Under the pieces are notes generated by a model. The model ran no database searches and had not been told where the DNA came from. It worked only from the letters and a program-made list of their open reading frames with translations. A DNA stretch of 64,000 bases from an uncultured Patescibacteria group bacterium (GTDB lineage Bacteria; Patescibacteriota; Microgenomatia; UBA1400; PJMF01): assembly GCA_905478415.1 (NCBI GenBank), contig CAJQIG010000001.1:245892-309891 (forward strand), given 5' to 3'. The position numbers were made by a program, and so were the translations under genes. Shown here piece by piece: positions 28,896 through 38,298 of the stretch; the stretch's first letter is position 1; each line of letters opens with the position of its first letter.

Positions 28896-30702
28896 CACTA
28901 TTCAAATAAACTACCAAAACTTACAAAAATGGAAATCTAAACGCCTGCGAAAATATCGTGCAAAACAAGAAAAAAAACGTAGAGAAAAACTTTCTCTACA
29001 ATTTAGTTTTGGCGAACAAGACCAAGTGGATATGATTTCGTACTCAGGACTTATGGAAGAGTCTACCTATGTACAAATTGGCGATACCTTTGTAAGAACT
29101 CTATTTATTTCAGGCTATCCTTATGTAGCTAATGTTGGTTGGCTGAATATGTTGATCAACTTTAATCATGACCTTGATATTTCATACCATATTGAACATG
29201 TTGATCCCTTAATGGCTCTGCCTAAACTAAATCGCAAAATCACAGAACTTGAATCCACTAAAAGAACCATGCTTAAGGCAGGAAAAGTAATTGGTTCTGA
29301 GATCACAGACCCACTTGAGTCTGCCATGGAGCTAAAAGATAAAATCCAACGAGGCCAGGAGAAACTCTTTCAAATTTCCATCTACATGACTCTGAGTGCC
29401 ACAAGTTTTGAAGAACTGAACAAGACTACTCAAGTTTTGGAAACAATCATGGCTTCTAGAATGTTTTATATCAAGTCTGCCACCTTTCAACAGCTTGAAG
29501 GTCTGCAATCTATTCTGCCACGAGGAGAAAATTTACTTAATCAAAAAAGAAATCTAGATAGTTCAAGCGCTGCTTTAACTTTCCCATTTGTTTCATCAGA
29601 ACTAGTCCAAGAATCTGGTATTTTGTATGGCATTAACAAATCAAATAACTCGTTGGTTATTGTTGACAGATTTTCTCTCAATAATGCTAACTCAATTATC
29701 TTTGCTCAATCAGGGAGTGGTAAAAGCTACATTGCTAAAGTTGAGATTTTAAGACAACTCATGCAACAAACCAAAGTCATAGTGATTGACCCAGAGCGAG
29801 AATACAAACAGCTAGCAAAATCTATTGGTGGTACTTATATACGAATGTCAGCAACTTCAAAAGAAAAAATTAACCCTTTTGATTTTTCACTCAAGACTGT
29901 AACAGGACAAAATGGTCTTGCCGAACACATCCAAGATCTAACCGAGATTATTTCCCTGATGGCAGGCTCACTATCTGATGAAGAGCGAGCTGTGGTAGAT
30001 AAAGCCTTGATAAAAACATACAAACAGTTTGGCATCACCATGCGTAAACAAAAATATGAGGGGAAAATAAAATTTCCACTGTTAAAAGACTTTTATAAAA
30101 CGCTTAAAGCCATGAAACAAAAAGATCTATGCCACAGACTAGATAAGTTTGTGACTGGTTCACTATCTAGTGTATTTACCTCCCAAACCAACGTAGACCT
30201 CTCAAACCGACTTGTTGTCTTTGATATCAAAGATCTAGATGAATCCTTGAGACAAATCATGATTTTAGCCACTGCTAACTTTGTACACTCAGAGGTTAAA
30301 TCAAATCCTCAAAAACGAATCCTCGTGATCGATGAAGCTTGGTTGCTATTGCAACACGAAGAAAGTGCTCGGTTTTTAGCAGGCTTAGTAAGACGTGCTC
30401 GTAAACATTACTTAGGTGTCACTCTAATTTCCCAGCAAGCAAACGACTTTTTAAATCAAGAATATGGTAGAGCCATTGCCTCACAATCATCACTAAGAAT
30501 ATTGATGAAACAGGACACTACTTCTATCAAGAAAGTTGTCCAAGAGTTCAACTTAAGTGAATATGAACAGCAATTTTTACTAACCTGTGATCGAGGTGAG
30601 GCTCTAATTATTGCAGACCAAAATCATGTGGCGGTAAAAATTATAGCTTCTAAAAAAGAACACCCAATGCTTACCACTGATCCGAAAGACTTATACTTAT
30701 AA
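28888..30702 (+). CDS. virB4: VirB4-like conjugative transfer ATPase
   Basis: AQSGSGKS, VIDPEREY, INPFD, LVIDEAW, RRARKH, ISQ. Confidence 0.88.
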   Translation: MFNTIQINYQNLQKWKSKRLRKYRAKQEKKRREKLSLQFSFGEQDQVDMISYSGLMEESTYVQIGDTFVRTLFISGYPYVANVGWLNMLINFNHDLDISYHIEHVDPLMALPKLNRKITELESTKRTMLKAGKVIGSEITDPLESAMELKDKIQRGQEKLFQISIYMTLSATSFEELNKTTQVLETIMASRMFYIKSATFQQLEGLQSILPRGENLLNQKRNLDSSSAALTFPFVSSELVQESGILYGINKSNNSLVIVDRFSLNNANSIIFAQSGSGKSYIAKVEILRQLMQQTKVIVIDPEREYKQLAKSIGGTYIRMSATSKEKINPFDFSLKTVTGQNGLAEHIQDLTEIISLMAGSLSDEERAVVDKALIKTYKQFGITMRKQKYEGKIKFPLLKDFYKTLKAMKQKDLCHRLDKFVTGSLSSVFTSQTNVDLSNRLVVFDIKDLDESLRQIMILATANFVHSEVKSNPQKRILVIDEAWLLLQHEESARFLAGLVRRARKHYLGVTLISQQANDFLNQEYGRAIASQSSLRILMKQDTTSIKKVVQEFNLSEYEQQFLLTCDRGEALIIADQNHVAVKIIASKKEHPMLTTDPKDLYL

Positions 30703-31320
30703 ATGCATGCCATATTTACTGCACACACCATCTGGTCATTTAGAAAAGAACTTCAGTTTGTAGCTTTTGCCTTTTTAGTTTTAATTTCATTACCAATTAT
30801 TGCTGTAATTATTTTGACTCACACTGGAGTAAATATTGTTTCGGATGCTTTGATCGATGTTAATCCAGAATCTCAAACTATCCAAATTAAAAATCCAGCA
30901 GATGGAACAGTTGTAAAAGAAGTATCAAAGGAAGTGGCATGGCCAGTACAAGGTGTCACAACACTTGAGTTCGCCAAATCAAGTGGTTACCAAAAATTCC
31001 ATGCGGGAATAGATATTGCAAATTCACAAGGAAAAGTTGGTGATAAAATCACCCCATTTATGGAGGGAACTGTTATTTACGAAGGTGAAATATTTTGGGG
31101 TTATGGAAAACATGTGATTATTGATCATGGTGATAACATCACTTCTCTCTATGCTCATCTTAATAGAATTCAGGTTTTTAAAGGACAAAAAGTAAATGTG
31201 GGTGATACTATCGGAAATATGGGTAGCACTGGTTGGTCTACGGGGCCTCACTTGCATTTTGAGGTGAGGGTTTATGGGGTGCCGGTGAATCCGAAGGCGA
31301 TATTACAAGATACAAACTAG
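30703..31320 (+). CDS. M23 family peptidoglycan endopeptidase
   Basis: TM, HAGID, YAHL, STGPHLHFE. Confidence 0.9.
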   Translation: MHAIFTAHTIWSFRKELQFVAFAFLVLISLPIIAVIILTHTGVNIVSDALIDVNPESQTIQIKNPADGTVVKEVSKEVAWPVQGVTTLEFAKSSGYQKFHAGIDIANSQGKVGDKITPFMEGTVIYEGEIFWGYGKHVIIDHGDNITSLYAHLNRIQVFKGQKVNVGDTIGNMGSTGWSTGPHLHFEVRVYGVPVNPKAILQDTN

Positions 31321-31343
31321 CACTATATTGATAGAATGAACTT

Positions 31344-34300
31344 ATGGATTTAAAAAAAATTGATTTTAAACATTTAGCTCCAAAGACTGGGGATCAACGT
31401 ACTTCTTTTGAAGAATTATGTTGTCAGATTGCTTTGTATTCAGATAATGTACCCAAAGACAGTAAACCACATCGCCTAAGGGGTGATGGTGGTGATGGTG
31501 GTGTTGAATTTTACTGGGAGCTTCCGAATGGTGAAGAGTGGGGATGGCAAGCAAAATATGTGTTTGATTTAGGTAAGGTTAAAACTCAAGCTAAAAAATC
31601 GTTTGAGACTGCGATGGTAGTTCATCCAAGATTAACACGTTATTTTATTTGTATACCTTTTGATTTAACTGGAAATACAAAAAGGGGGAAAGGTGAAACG
31701 GAAAAGTGGGAGGAATTTAAAAAGGAATTAGAGCAACTAGCAAAAAATGAGAAACGAAAAATAGAGGTAGTGCTAGAACAACGTTTTGAGCTCCTTGATA
31801 AGTTGCTCCAAATGGATCCTTCTTTGGGAAGAATTAGATTCTGGTTCGAAAAAGATTTATTTAGTGAAAAGTGGTTTGGAGAGCATGTAGCAACCACAGT
31901 GAATAATATTCCTAGATACACTCCCAAACTTAAGGTTGATACGGATTTATTTAGAAAGCTAATGGCATTCACTCAGACTGGTGGTTGGGCGGATGGTTTA
32001 AAAAAGATTTATGAGGAATTTAAAGATAAAGCATATTATTGGTCTTCCACTGTGGAAACAAAAGATGACAAAGGTTGGGGTGCAAAATTTCCCGAAGAGT
32101 TGGTTGAGCGGGGAAAGGTTAGTGTTGATAAGGTCAATGTTGTTAAAAAGGTCATTGAGGACCTCTTGGTACAAGAGATAGTCCCCAGTGATGTCACTGC
32201 GTTGTTAAATCAAATTGACGACGCAACCACATATTTAAGGGAGCTTTCTAGAGATATTCGGGCTCAACTCGTGGAACAGCACGGTGAGGCTGCAGTTGAA
32301 TCAGCTAATTTTAGACAATGGAATGCTGAATGGATGGTGAGCTTTCCGATGGCTAATTTAGACTCAAGTAAAGATTTAATAAATCTACTAGAACAAGTAA
32401 GACTCTGGGTTAAAGAAAACTATATCGATTTATATAACTCAAAACTTCTTTTGCTAACTGGAGGATGGGGTGTGGGCAAAACTTTTGCTATTTGTGACTT
32501 GGCTGAACTGAGAAGAGTAAACAAGCAGCTAACTGTTTTGTTGTTTGGAGATGGCTTTATCGGTGGTACTGAGCCATGGGTCAAGATTCAAGAGCAGCTA
32601 GGGATTAATTTTGACTCCAAAGAAGCACTATTTGAGGCACTAGAGACAAGTGCAGAAACCTCAGGTTTTCCCTTATTGTTGTGCATTGACGCAATAAACG
32701 AAACAGAACCTAAAAGCTACTGGCAGAAAAAGTTGAGATTATTGGCAGCAGAGATAGAAAAGTATCCAAACTTAAATCTTTGTGTATCCTGTAGAACATC
32801 ATATAAGGATTATTTAGTTAGGGATGAGGTTGGTTTCATTGAAGCGAAGCATCCGGGATTCAAGGGAATTGAAAATGAAGCAGTCAATGCTTTTTTTAAT
32901 CATTTTGGCATCAAACCTCCATCGACGCCAATTATTCATCCTGAGTTTTCTAACCCATTGTTTCTAAAACTTGTCTGTCAAACTTTGCAGGCAAAAGGGC
33001 TGAAACAAATGCCAAAAGGCTGGCAGGGAATTAACACGGTAATACAGGCGTTTTTAGATAATAAAAATAGAGAATACGGTGAACAAAATGGGATAGATAA
33101 ACGGCATAAAATACCAGAGAAGGCACTCCAGTCTTTCGTTGGTGAGGCAAAGAGATTGCAAAAATCACTTCTTACTTGGGATGAAGCAAATACTGCAGTA
33201 GGTGCTGTATTGAAAGAGTCGGGAGTTGAAAATAGCACAAAAACCCCCTTGCTGGATTGGCTTATTGATGAGCATCTTTTGTTTGTTGATGCGGCACCTG
33301 CTGGTAGCAATAAGGAGAGAGAGCATGTCAGGATATCATTTGAAAGGTTGGGAGATCATCTGCTTGCATCCAGCTTTATTGAAGGCAAGGATGAATCAAA
33401 TTTAAAGAAGGATTTTTTGAGTGAAGGTGATTTAAATTTCCTTGTGGCTGATGCCAGCAGCATAGAGTCGAATCGGGGGCTATTAGAAGCTCTTTCGATT
33501 CAAATACCAGAAAGATTTAATTTGGAACTGAGCGATATTGTAGAAAATGATATTTTGGTTCAAATATCTGATCTGGTTATAGAACAACTTCACTGGCGAG
33601 ACCCTTCATATTTTGGCTCAAAAACTAAAATTCTAATTAATCGTGCTTTAAGAAATCAGAAGTCTTATCTAGCATTTGATGCACTTTTACTCAGTTCCTT
33701 TACTCCTTCTGACATAGATGCTTATTTCTTAGATGATTTGTTAAGAGCTAAGACAATGATTCAAAGGGACCCTTATTGGTGTGGTTATTTGTATTCGAGA
33801 TATGGTGACAATGAAGAGGGTAAAGATCTAGTCAAGAGAATACTTAACAACTCATTAAATCAAGAAATTCAGAATATACCTGAAGATCGTTTGGAAAGAT
33901 GGTGTATCACTTTAGGTTGGTTTTGTGCTGCAGCTGATAGAAGAATCAGAGATGGGGCAACCAAGGCATTAATCAATATAACTCAGACTAATCCAGCGAT
34001 ATGGGAAAAACTACTGAAACATTTTGGATCACTTGATGACGACTATATTATTGAAAGAACGTTAGCTGCAGCTTATGGCGTGTTACTTCTAACTAGACAT
34101 AAACCCACAGAAAAGAAACTAGCGAAAGTGGTAGACAATGTAATTTTTTCAAAAGTTGAAGTAATACACAACGCCGTTATAAGAGACTATGCTCGTTGTA
34201 TCATCGAATTGGCTATTTTGGATAAGGCAATGGCAAAAAAAGATGTCAAAAATGCCTTCTTAACTCCATATGCAAGTGATCCAAAACTGTTAAGAATCCC

Positions 34301-35552
34301 GAGTGATAAGGAAATTGAGGATGCTGAGCCGTTAGTGGAAAAGACAAAGCTGAAACTAAGTTGCTTTAGTGATGATTTTTTTAATTACACACTCGGATCG
34401 TTACGCCAATATGATCATTTTATGAATAAGAAAAATATGGCTAAGTGGGTTTTTATTCACATAGTGAACTTGGGTTATAGTAGGGCTAATTTTGAAAACT
34501 ATGAAGGTTACATGATGTTCACTCATGGTGGAGGGAGAGGTAAGCCAATTTGGGCTGAGAGAATAGGTAAGAAATACCAATGGATGGCTTTATTTAGATT
34601 GGCAGGCTTATTATCTGACAATGTAGAAATTAAGGCTGATAGTTGGGAACCGGAGCCATTGGTAACTCCACTTTCATTTGAGCGTGGTAGGCAGATTGAC
34701 CCATCAATACTAGTTAAAGAGCCTCAAACCCAAGCCTTTTACGATGACGACTTGTTTTGCAGATATAATTTTGATTTAAAAGAAAAATTATCTGATGAGG
34801 AATGGATTAAGTTTAAAGATGATCTGCCAACATTTGGCGATATTCAGAAAGATCACGGGGGAAAAGACCATATTCTGCTTAATGGACATATGGATCAGTC
34901 TAATAAAGGTGAGTTTGATAAATCAAACAGCAAACATCGAAGGTTTTGGATGTTAATTGATAGCTACCTCGTGAATCAGGATGATATAGAAAAAGCATGG
35001 AATTGGTTGTCTAAAAAGAACTTTATGGGAAGATGGATGCCAGATGGTGCAGAACATCATGATGGTTTCATAGGAGAATATCCATGGGGTACTCCCTTCA
35101 ATATCTACAAAGACTCCTATCTTAGCTATGGTCGGGACCCAGATAATGAAAAGTTTCCTTGTACTTTTTTTCCTACTGACGCAACTTTGCACTCGAGCGA
35201 AGAATATGATTCCTCAGGGCATAGCAATTTTGTTATAAAGGTTCCATCAAAGATTTTTTTTGAGAAAAGTAAACTTGAATGGAACAATGTTGACGGGTAT
35301 AAGTCTGGCAACAAACTTGTTTTTTTAGATCCTTCAATTTGCTCAAAAAGGAAAGGTGCACTTTTGGTGGAAAAAAAGTACTTAAGGAATTTTCTAGATA
35401 AAAATGGTTACGTTTTGATTTGGACTGTATTGGCTGAAAAATTAATAATGGGGATTGATAACAGCTTCATCCGACAAACATTTAACCAAATTCATTTGTT
35501 AAATAACAAAGGAGAATTTGAATCTTCAGTACCCAATATACTAGTAAAGTAA
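31344..35552 (+). CDS. AVAST-like (Avs2-like) STAND NTPase with N-terminal PD-(D/E)xK/Mrr-like nuclease
   Basis: FEELC...GDGGVE...GWQAKY, Walker A GGWGVGKT, Walker B LCIDAINE, NPLFLKLVC, ERIGKKYQW. Confidence 0.75.
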   Translation: MDLKKIDFKHLAPKTGDQRTSFEELCCQIALYSDNVPKDSKPHRLRGDGGDGGVEFYWELPNGEEWGWQAKYVFDLGKVKTQAKKSFETAMVVHPRLTRYFICIPFDLTGNTKRGKGETEKWEEFKKELEQLAKNEKRKIEVVLEQRFELLDKLLQMDPSLGRIRFWFEKDLFSEKWFGEHVATTVNNIPRYTPKLKVDTDLFRKLMAFTQTGGWADGLKKIYEEFKDKAYYWSSTVETKDDKGWGAKFPEELVERGKVSVDKVNVVKKVIEDLLVQEIVPSDVTALLNQIDDATTYLRELSRDIRAQLVEQHGEAAVESANFRQWNAEWMVSFPMANLDSSKDLINLLEQVRLWVKENYIDLYNSKLLLLTGGWGVGKTFAICDLAELRRVNKQLTVLLFGDGFIGGTEPWVKIQEQLGINFDSKEALFEALETSAETSGFPLLLCIDAINETEPKSYWQKKLRLLAAEIEKYPNLNLCVSCRTSYKDYLVRDEVGFIEAKHPGFKGIENEAVNAFFNHFGIKPPSTPIIHPEFSNPLFLKLVCQTLQAKGLKQMPKGWQGINTVIQAFLDNKNREYGEQNGIDKRHKIPEKALQSFVGEAKRLQKSLLTWDEANTAVGAVLKESGVENSTKTPLLDWLIDEHLLFVDAAPAGSNKEREHVRISFERLGDHLLASSFIEGKDESNLKKDFLSEGDLNFLVADASSIESNRGLLEALSIQIPERFNLELSDIVENDILVQISDLVIEQLHWRDPSYFGSKTKILINRALRNQKSYLAFDALLLSSFTPSDIDAYFLDDLLRAKTMIQRDPYWCGYLYSRYGDNEEGKDLVKRILNNSLNQEIQNIPEDRLERWCITLGWFCAAADRRIRDGATKALINITQTNPAIWEKLLKHFGSLDDDYIIERTLAAAYGVLLLTRHKPTEKKLAKVVDNVIFSKVEVIHNAVIRDYARCIIELAILDKAMAKKDVKNAFLTPYASDPKLLRIPSDKEIEDAEPLVEKTKLKLSCFSDDFFNYTLGSLRQYDHFMNKKNMAKWVFIHIVNLGYSRANFENYEGYMMFTHGGGRGKPIWAERIGKKYQWMALFRLAGLLSDNVEIKADSWEPEPLVTPLSFERGRQIDPSILVKEPQTQAFYDDDLFCRYNFDLKEKLSDEEWIKFKDDLPTFGDIQKDHGGKDHILLNGHMDQSNKGEFDKSNSKHRRFWMLIDSYLVNQDDIEKAWNWLSKKNFMGRWMPDGAEHHDGFIGEYPWGTPFNIYKDSYLSYGRDPDNEKFPCTFFPTDATLHSSEEYDSSGHSNFVIKVPSKIFFEKSKLEWNNVDGYKSGNKLVFLDPSICSKRKGALLVEKKYLRNFLDKNGYVLIWTVLAEKLIMGIDNSFIRQTFNQIHLLNNKGEFESSVPNILVK

Positions 35553-35564
35553 TATAATATTCTT

Positions 35565-35771
35565 ATGGCATCACAACAAAAATTCGGACAAAACTTAAGA
35601 GTAGCTAGAAAAAAAGCTAACCTTACCCAACAGCAAATAGCTGACAAAGCTAAAATGCATGTTAATTATTATGCTCGTATTGAGCGTGGTGGGGAAAATC
35701 CTTCTTATGAAGCTCTAGAAAAGATAATTAAGGCCTTAGGCATAAAATCTTCAGAAGTCTTACCATTCTAA
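35565..35771 (+). CDS. XRE family HTH regulator
   Basis: LTQQQIA...YARIERGGENPS. Confidence 0.9.
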   Translation: MASQQKFGQNLRVARKKANLTQQQIADKAKMHVNYYARIERGGENPSYEALEKIIKALGIKSSEVLPF

Positions 35772-35974
35772 CTATCTCTAGTAACTTCACCATCATCAGA
35801 TACTTTTAATTTTCCTGACTTAAGGTCTTCATCTACTTTATCTACTAAAACACCAGCCAACTGCATTAAACCTTTGACTGTTTTGATAGCATTTTCACGA
35901 GTAGCTTTTTTTGGATCTTTTTCCTCAAGCATTTTTAATGCCTTTTGAATTTCTTCTTCTGTTGGTTTTCTCAT
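35768..35974 (-). CDS. Small hypothetical protein
   Basis: 68-aa charged ORF co-oriented with the PLD gene. Confidence 0.6.
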   Translation of the reverse strand: MRKPTEEEIQKALKMLEEKDPKKATRENAIKTVKGLMQLAGVLVDKVDEDLKSGKLKVSDDGEVTRDS

Positions 35975-36011
35975 TTTTTCTTTCTAAATGTGTTGATAGT
36001 CTATCATGAAA

Positions 36012-36452
36012 TTAAATAAATCTCTCGAGTTTTAGAAAATTAAACATCTTCTTAGCATGACCATCACCAATTATTCTACGCATAACTTCTTTACTATTAT
36101 TCTGTGAGAGTATATTTAAACTACCTTCCCACAAAACTTCTCTATCTATAATAGCTAACTTACGGTGATGATTATTTGTAGTTACAAAAACCTGCACACC
36201 AATTCTTTCAAAATATTCAATTACTTCTTCAGCTTGATACCTCATGTCTTTTAAATGTTTCTTTGGATCTCTGGTAATCACATATACCTTTACACCTTTA
36301 GAAATCAGTTTTTCAAAAACAGAACAAAGCTTGAGGGTTCTACCATTTGTAATAAATGGACTTTCAATCACGACTTCACGTTCTGCGTGAAGTAAATCTC
36401 TCTCAAACTGTTTATAAAAAGTTGTCTCGTCAAAAAGTGAAGTTTTAAACAT
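36012..36452 (-). CDS. Single-domain PLD-family (HKD) protein, possible nuclease
   Basis: IESPFI, HRKLAIID, GSLN; GAGGAG RBS before MFKTS at 36452. Confidence 0.8.
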   Translation of the reverse strand: MFKTSLFDETTFYKQFERDLLHAEREVVIESPFITNGRTLKLCSVFEKLISKGVKVYVITRDPKKHLKDMRYQAEEVIEYFERIGVQVFVTTNNHHRKLAIIDREVLWEGSLNILSQNNSKEVMRRIIGDGHAKKMFNFLKLERFI

Positions 36453-36485
36453 TTTGTTTCTCCTCATCTATCTTATCATTATATA

Positions 36486-36545
36486 TAAGACGCAGCCTCT
36501 CGAGGTTTTCAAGAAATGGTTCAAACTGAGTTACCTTAGGGTCAC
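36486..36545. repeat. att arm, inner copy (attR/attP-like)
   Basis: 51/60 identical to 37803-37862 by manual count; ends in GGGTCAC, as at the tRNA 3' end. Confidence 0.85.
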
Positions 36546-36594
36546 CAAAGGAGACCGTTCCAAAACTCAACAAATTAGATAAACGAGCAACTCT

Positions 36595-37653
36595 TTACTC
36601 AAAATGCTTTGTATAAAATTCAACTGTTCTCTGCATTGCTAAAGAAAAGCTAGGATCTTCTATATTGTGCCCACCATTTGGATATTCCCATAGTTCTATT
36701 TTAAGATTAGATTCTTTAGTTTTTTCTACTAAGTTTCTACTATATTCAATACTTACTACAGAGTCATTTACAGCATGATGAATCTGAATTGCGGAGTTGG
36801 AGTCTTTGAGGTATTCAATTGGCGACACTTCATTCCAGAATAAACTATCTGAAGAGAATGTTCCATGAATATCAAAAAGCCTTTCCCTTTCTTCTTTTTT
36901 ATTATAGTTAATATCTTGTTTAATATATGAACTATCATTGATAGCATAGTCTTTCATGTCTTGATATGTATACACTGCTCCAGCCCAAATAACACCAGTG
37001 GTAATTTCTGGTCTAGCTGCCATAGTTCTTGATACAATATTTCCGGCCATACTATGTCCCCACAAGCCAATTTTAGATGGATTTACAAAATCAGTTTGCT
37101 GTAAAGCAGTCTGAGCATTCATAACATCTCTAATATAGTCACTAGAATAATATGCTCCATGTGCGTCACCTTCAGATTCTCCATGACCACGCAAATCAAT
37201 TTTAAAAACTACAAAACCACTTCGTGCTAAATAATCAACGTACTCAACATATTTACTTAAAGTCTTATATTGATCTGGAGGAATGTATCCATGAATAAAA
37301 ATTATTGCAGGCCAACCATCACTGGGCTGTTCACCATCAGGAATCGTAAGCAATCCATCAATTTTAAAATCATCTGAAACATAGTTCGTTAAGTAACTAG
37401 TATACTTAGAATTTTGTGATATTTGGTCTAACTCTCCTAACTGACTCTCATAGTAGTACTTCCTCAGATAAGGAATCGTTAACTCCTCAAATGGAACAGT
37501 ATCTTGTACTAAATTTTGATTCGTAGTAAACTCAGTTTCACTTGATTTACTAGATATTTTAGAATTACTTTGATCAGTTCTTATAACAATCAAAAGAATT
37601 ATTGTAAAAATAAATAGAATAAAAATGAACATCAATACATATTTTTGTCTCAT
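36595..37653 (-). CDS. Membrane-anchored alpha/beta hydrolase (S9-like)
   Basis: TM, FIHGY, DLRGHG, WGHSMAG, D and GGHN. Confidence 0.88.
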   Translation of the reverse strand: MRQKYVLMFIFILFIFTIILLIVIRTDQSNSKISSKSSETEFTTNQNLVQDTVPFEELTIPYLRKYYYESQLGELDQISQNSKYTSYLTNYVSDDFKIDGLLTIPDGEQPSDGWPAIIFIHGYIPPDQYKTLSKYVEYVDYLARSGFVVFKIDLRGHGESEGDAHGAYYSSDYIRDVMNAQTALQQTDFVNPSKIGLWGHSMAGNIVSRTMAARPEITTGVIWAGAVYTYQDMKDYAINDSSYIKQDINYNKKEERERLFDIHGTFSSDSLFWNEVSPIEYLKDSNSAIQIHHAVNDSVVSIEYSRNLVEKTKESNLKIELWEYPNGGHNIEDPSFSLAMQRTVEFYTKHFE

Positions 37654-37802
37654 AATACATATTCTATAGTAATAGCATGAGAAATTACTGAGAACATCAT
37701 TGCTCTAGATACTATTTACAAACCTTTTCTATCATTAAAAAAACTTAACAATTAATAATTACTTGGAAAATAAAAATTTATTTGAATTTTTTTCACAATA
37801 TC

Positions 37803-37862
37803 TAAGACGTAGCTCCTCGAGTTTTTCTAAAAATGGTTCAAGCTGAGTTGCTTTAGGGTCAC
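37803..37862. repeat. att arm, outer copy (attR)
   Basis: Direct repeat of 36486-36545, followed immediately by a terminator hairpin. Confidence 0.85.
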
Positions 37863-37901
37863 ACAATAAAAATACACGCTACATGCGTGTTTTTTTATTG
37901 T
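37863..37901 (+). terminator. Intrinsic terminator, probably the displaced tRNA terminator
   Basis: ACAATAAAAA-T-ACACGC-TACAT-GCGTGT-T-TTTTTATTGT directly after the core. Confidence 0.75.
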
Positions 37902-38028
37902 TTGTTCTTGCAGTGGAAATTAATCACTGAACGTAGTGAAGTAGTTCTGCCACATGGTGAGTGACACCTGTCACGAACCAGGTTAATGCATGTGAGCGTC
38001 ATCAAGTAGATATAGATTGCAAATCGTA

Positions 38029-38046
38029 GATTCTGCGTGGAGTCAC
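38029..38046 (+). repeat. Duplicated tRNA-Glu 3' end
   Basis: GATTCTGCGTGGAGTCAC versus GATTCTGCGTGGGGTCAC at 9511-9528 (17/18). Confidence 0.9.
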
Positions 38047-38298
38047 ATAAATCCCCTAACTTAATATTATTGTTTAATTGAATTTAGGAAGTCGCGAATT
38101 TCAGAAGGAAGAGTTTCAATAAGCTGCAGGTTTTCCTAATCATTTAAAATGTAATGAGTTTACTTATCGGAAGACTTTGAGAGTAATTGTAAAATTTTCA
38201 TTTTAATGATTACGTATTAATATACACATAAATGTTATTAAGTATATTATACTCTCAATAGAGTAAGACAAATTTCATGGAGAGCTATAATACTGAAT

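Larger units (their letters stand above)
9524..37861. mobile_element. Integrative conjugative element (~28 kb) in tRNA-Glu
   Basis: Serine recombinase abutting the tRNA; GGGTCAC core repeated at 9522-9528, 36539-36545 and 37856-37862; coupling protein, relaxase, VirB4-type module; metal and defence cargo. Confidence 0.85.

Noticed and set aside
38029-38046. 18-bp tRNA-end repeat as the ICE attR
   Set aside because: The dyad symmetry, the in-frame recombinase tail and the displaced terminator all point to 37858-37861 instead.
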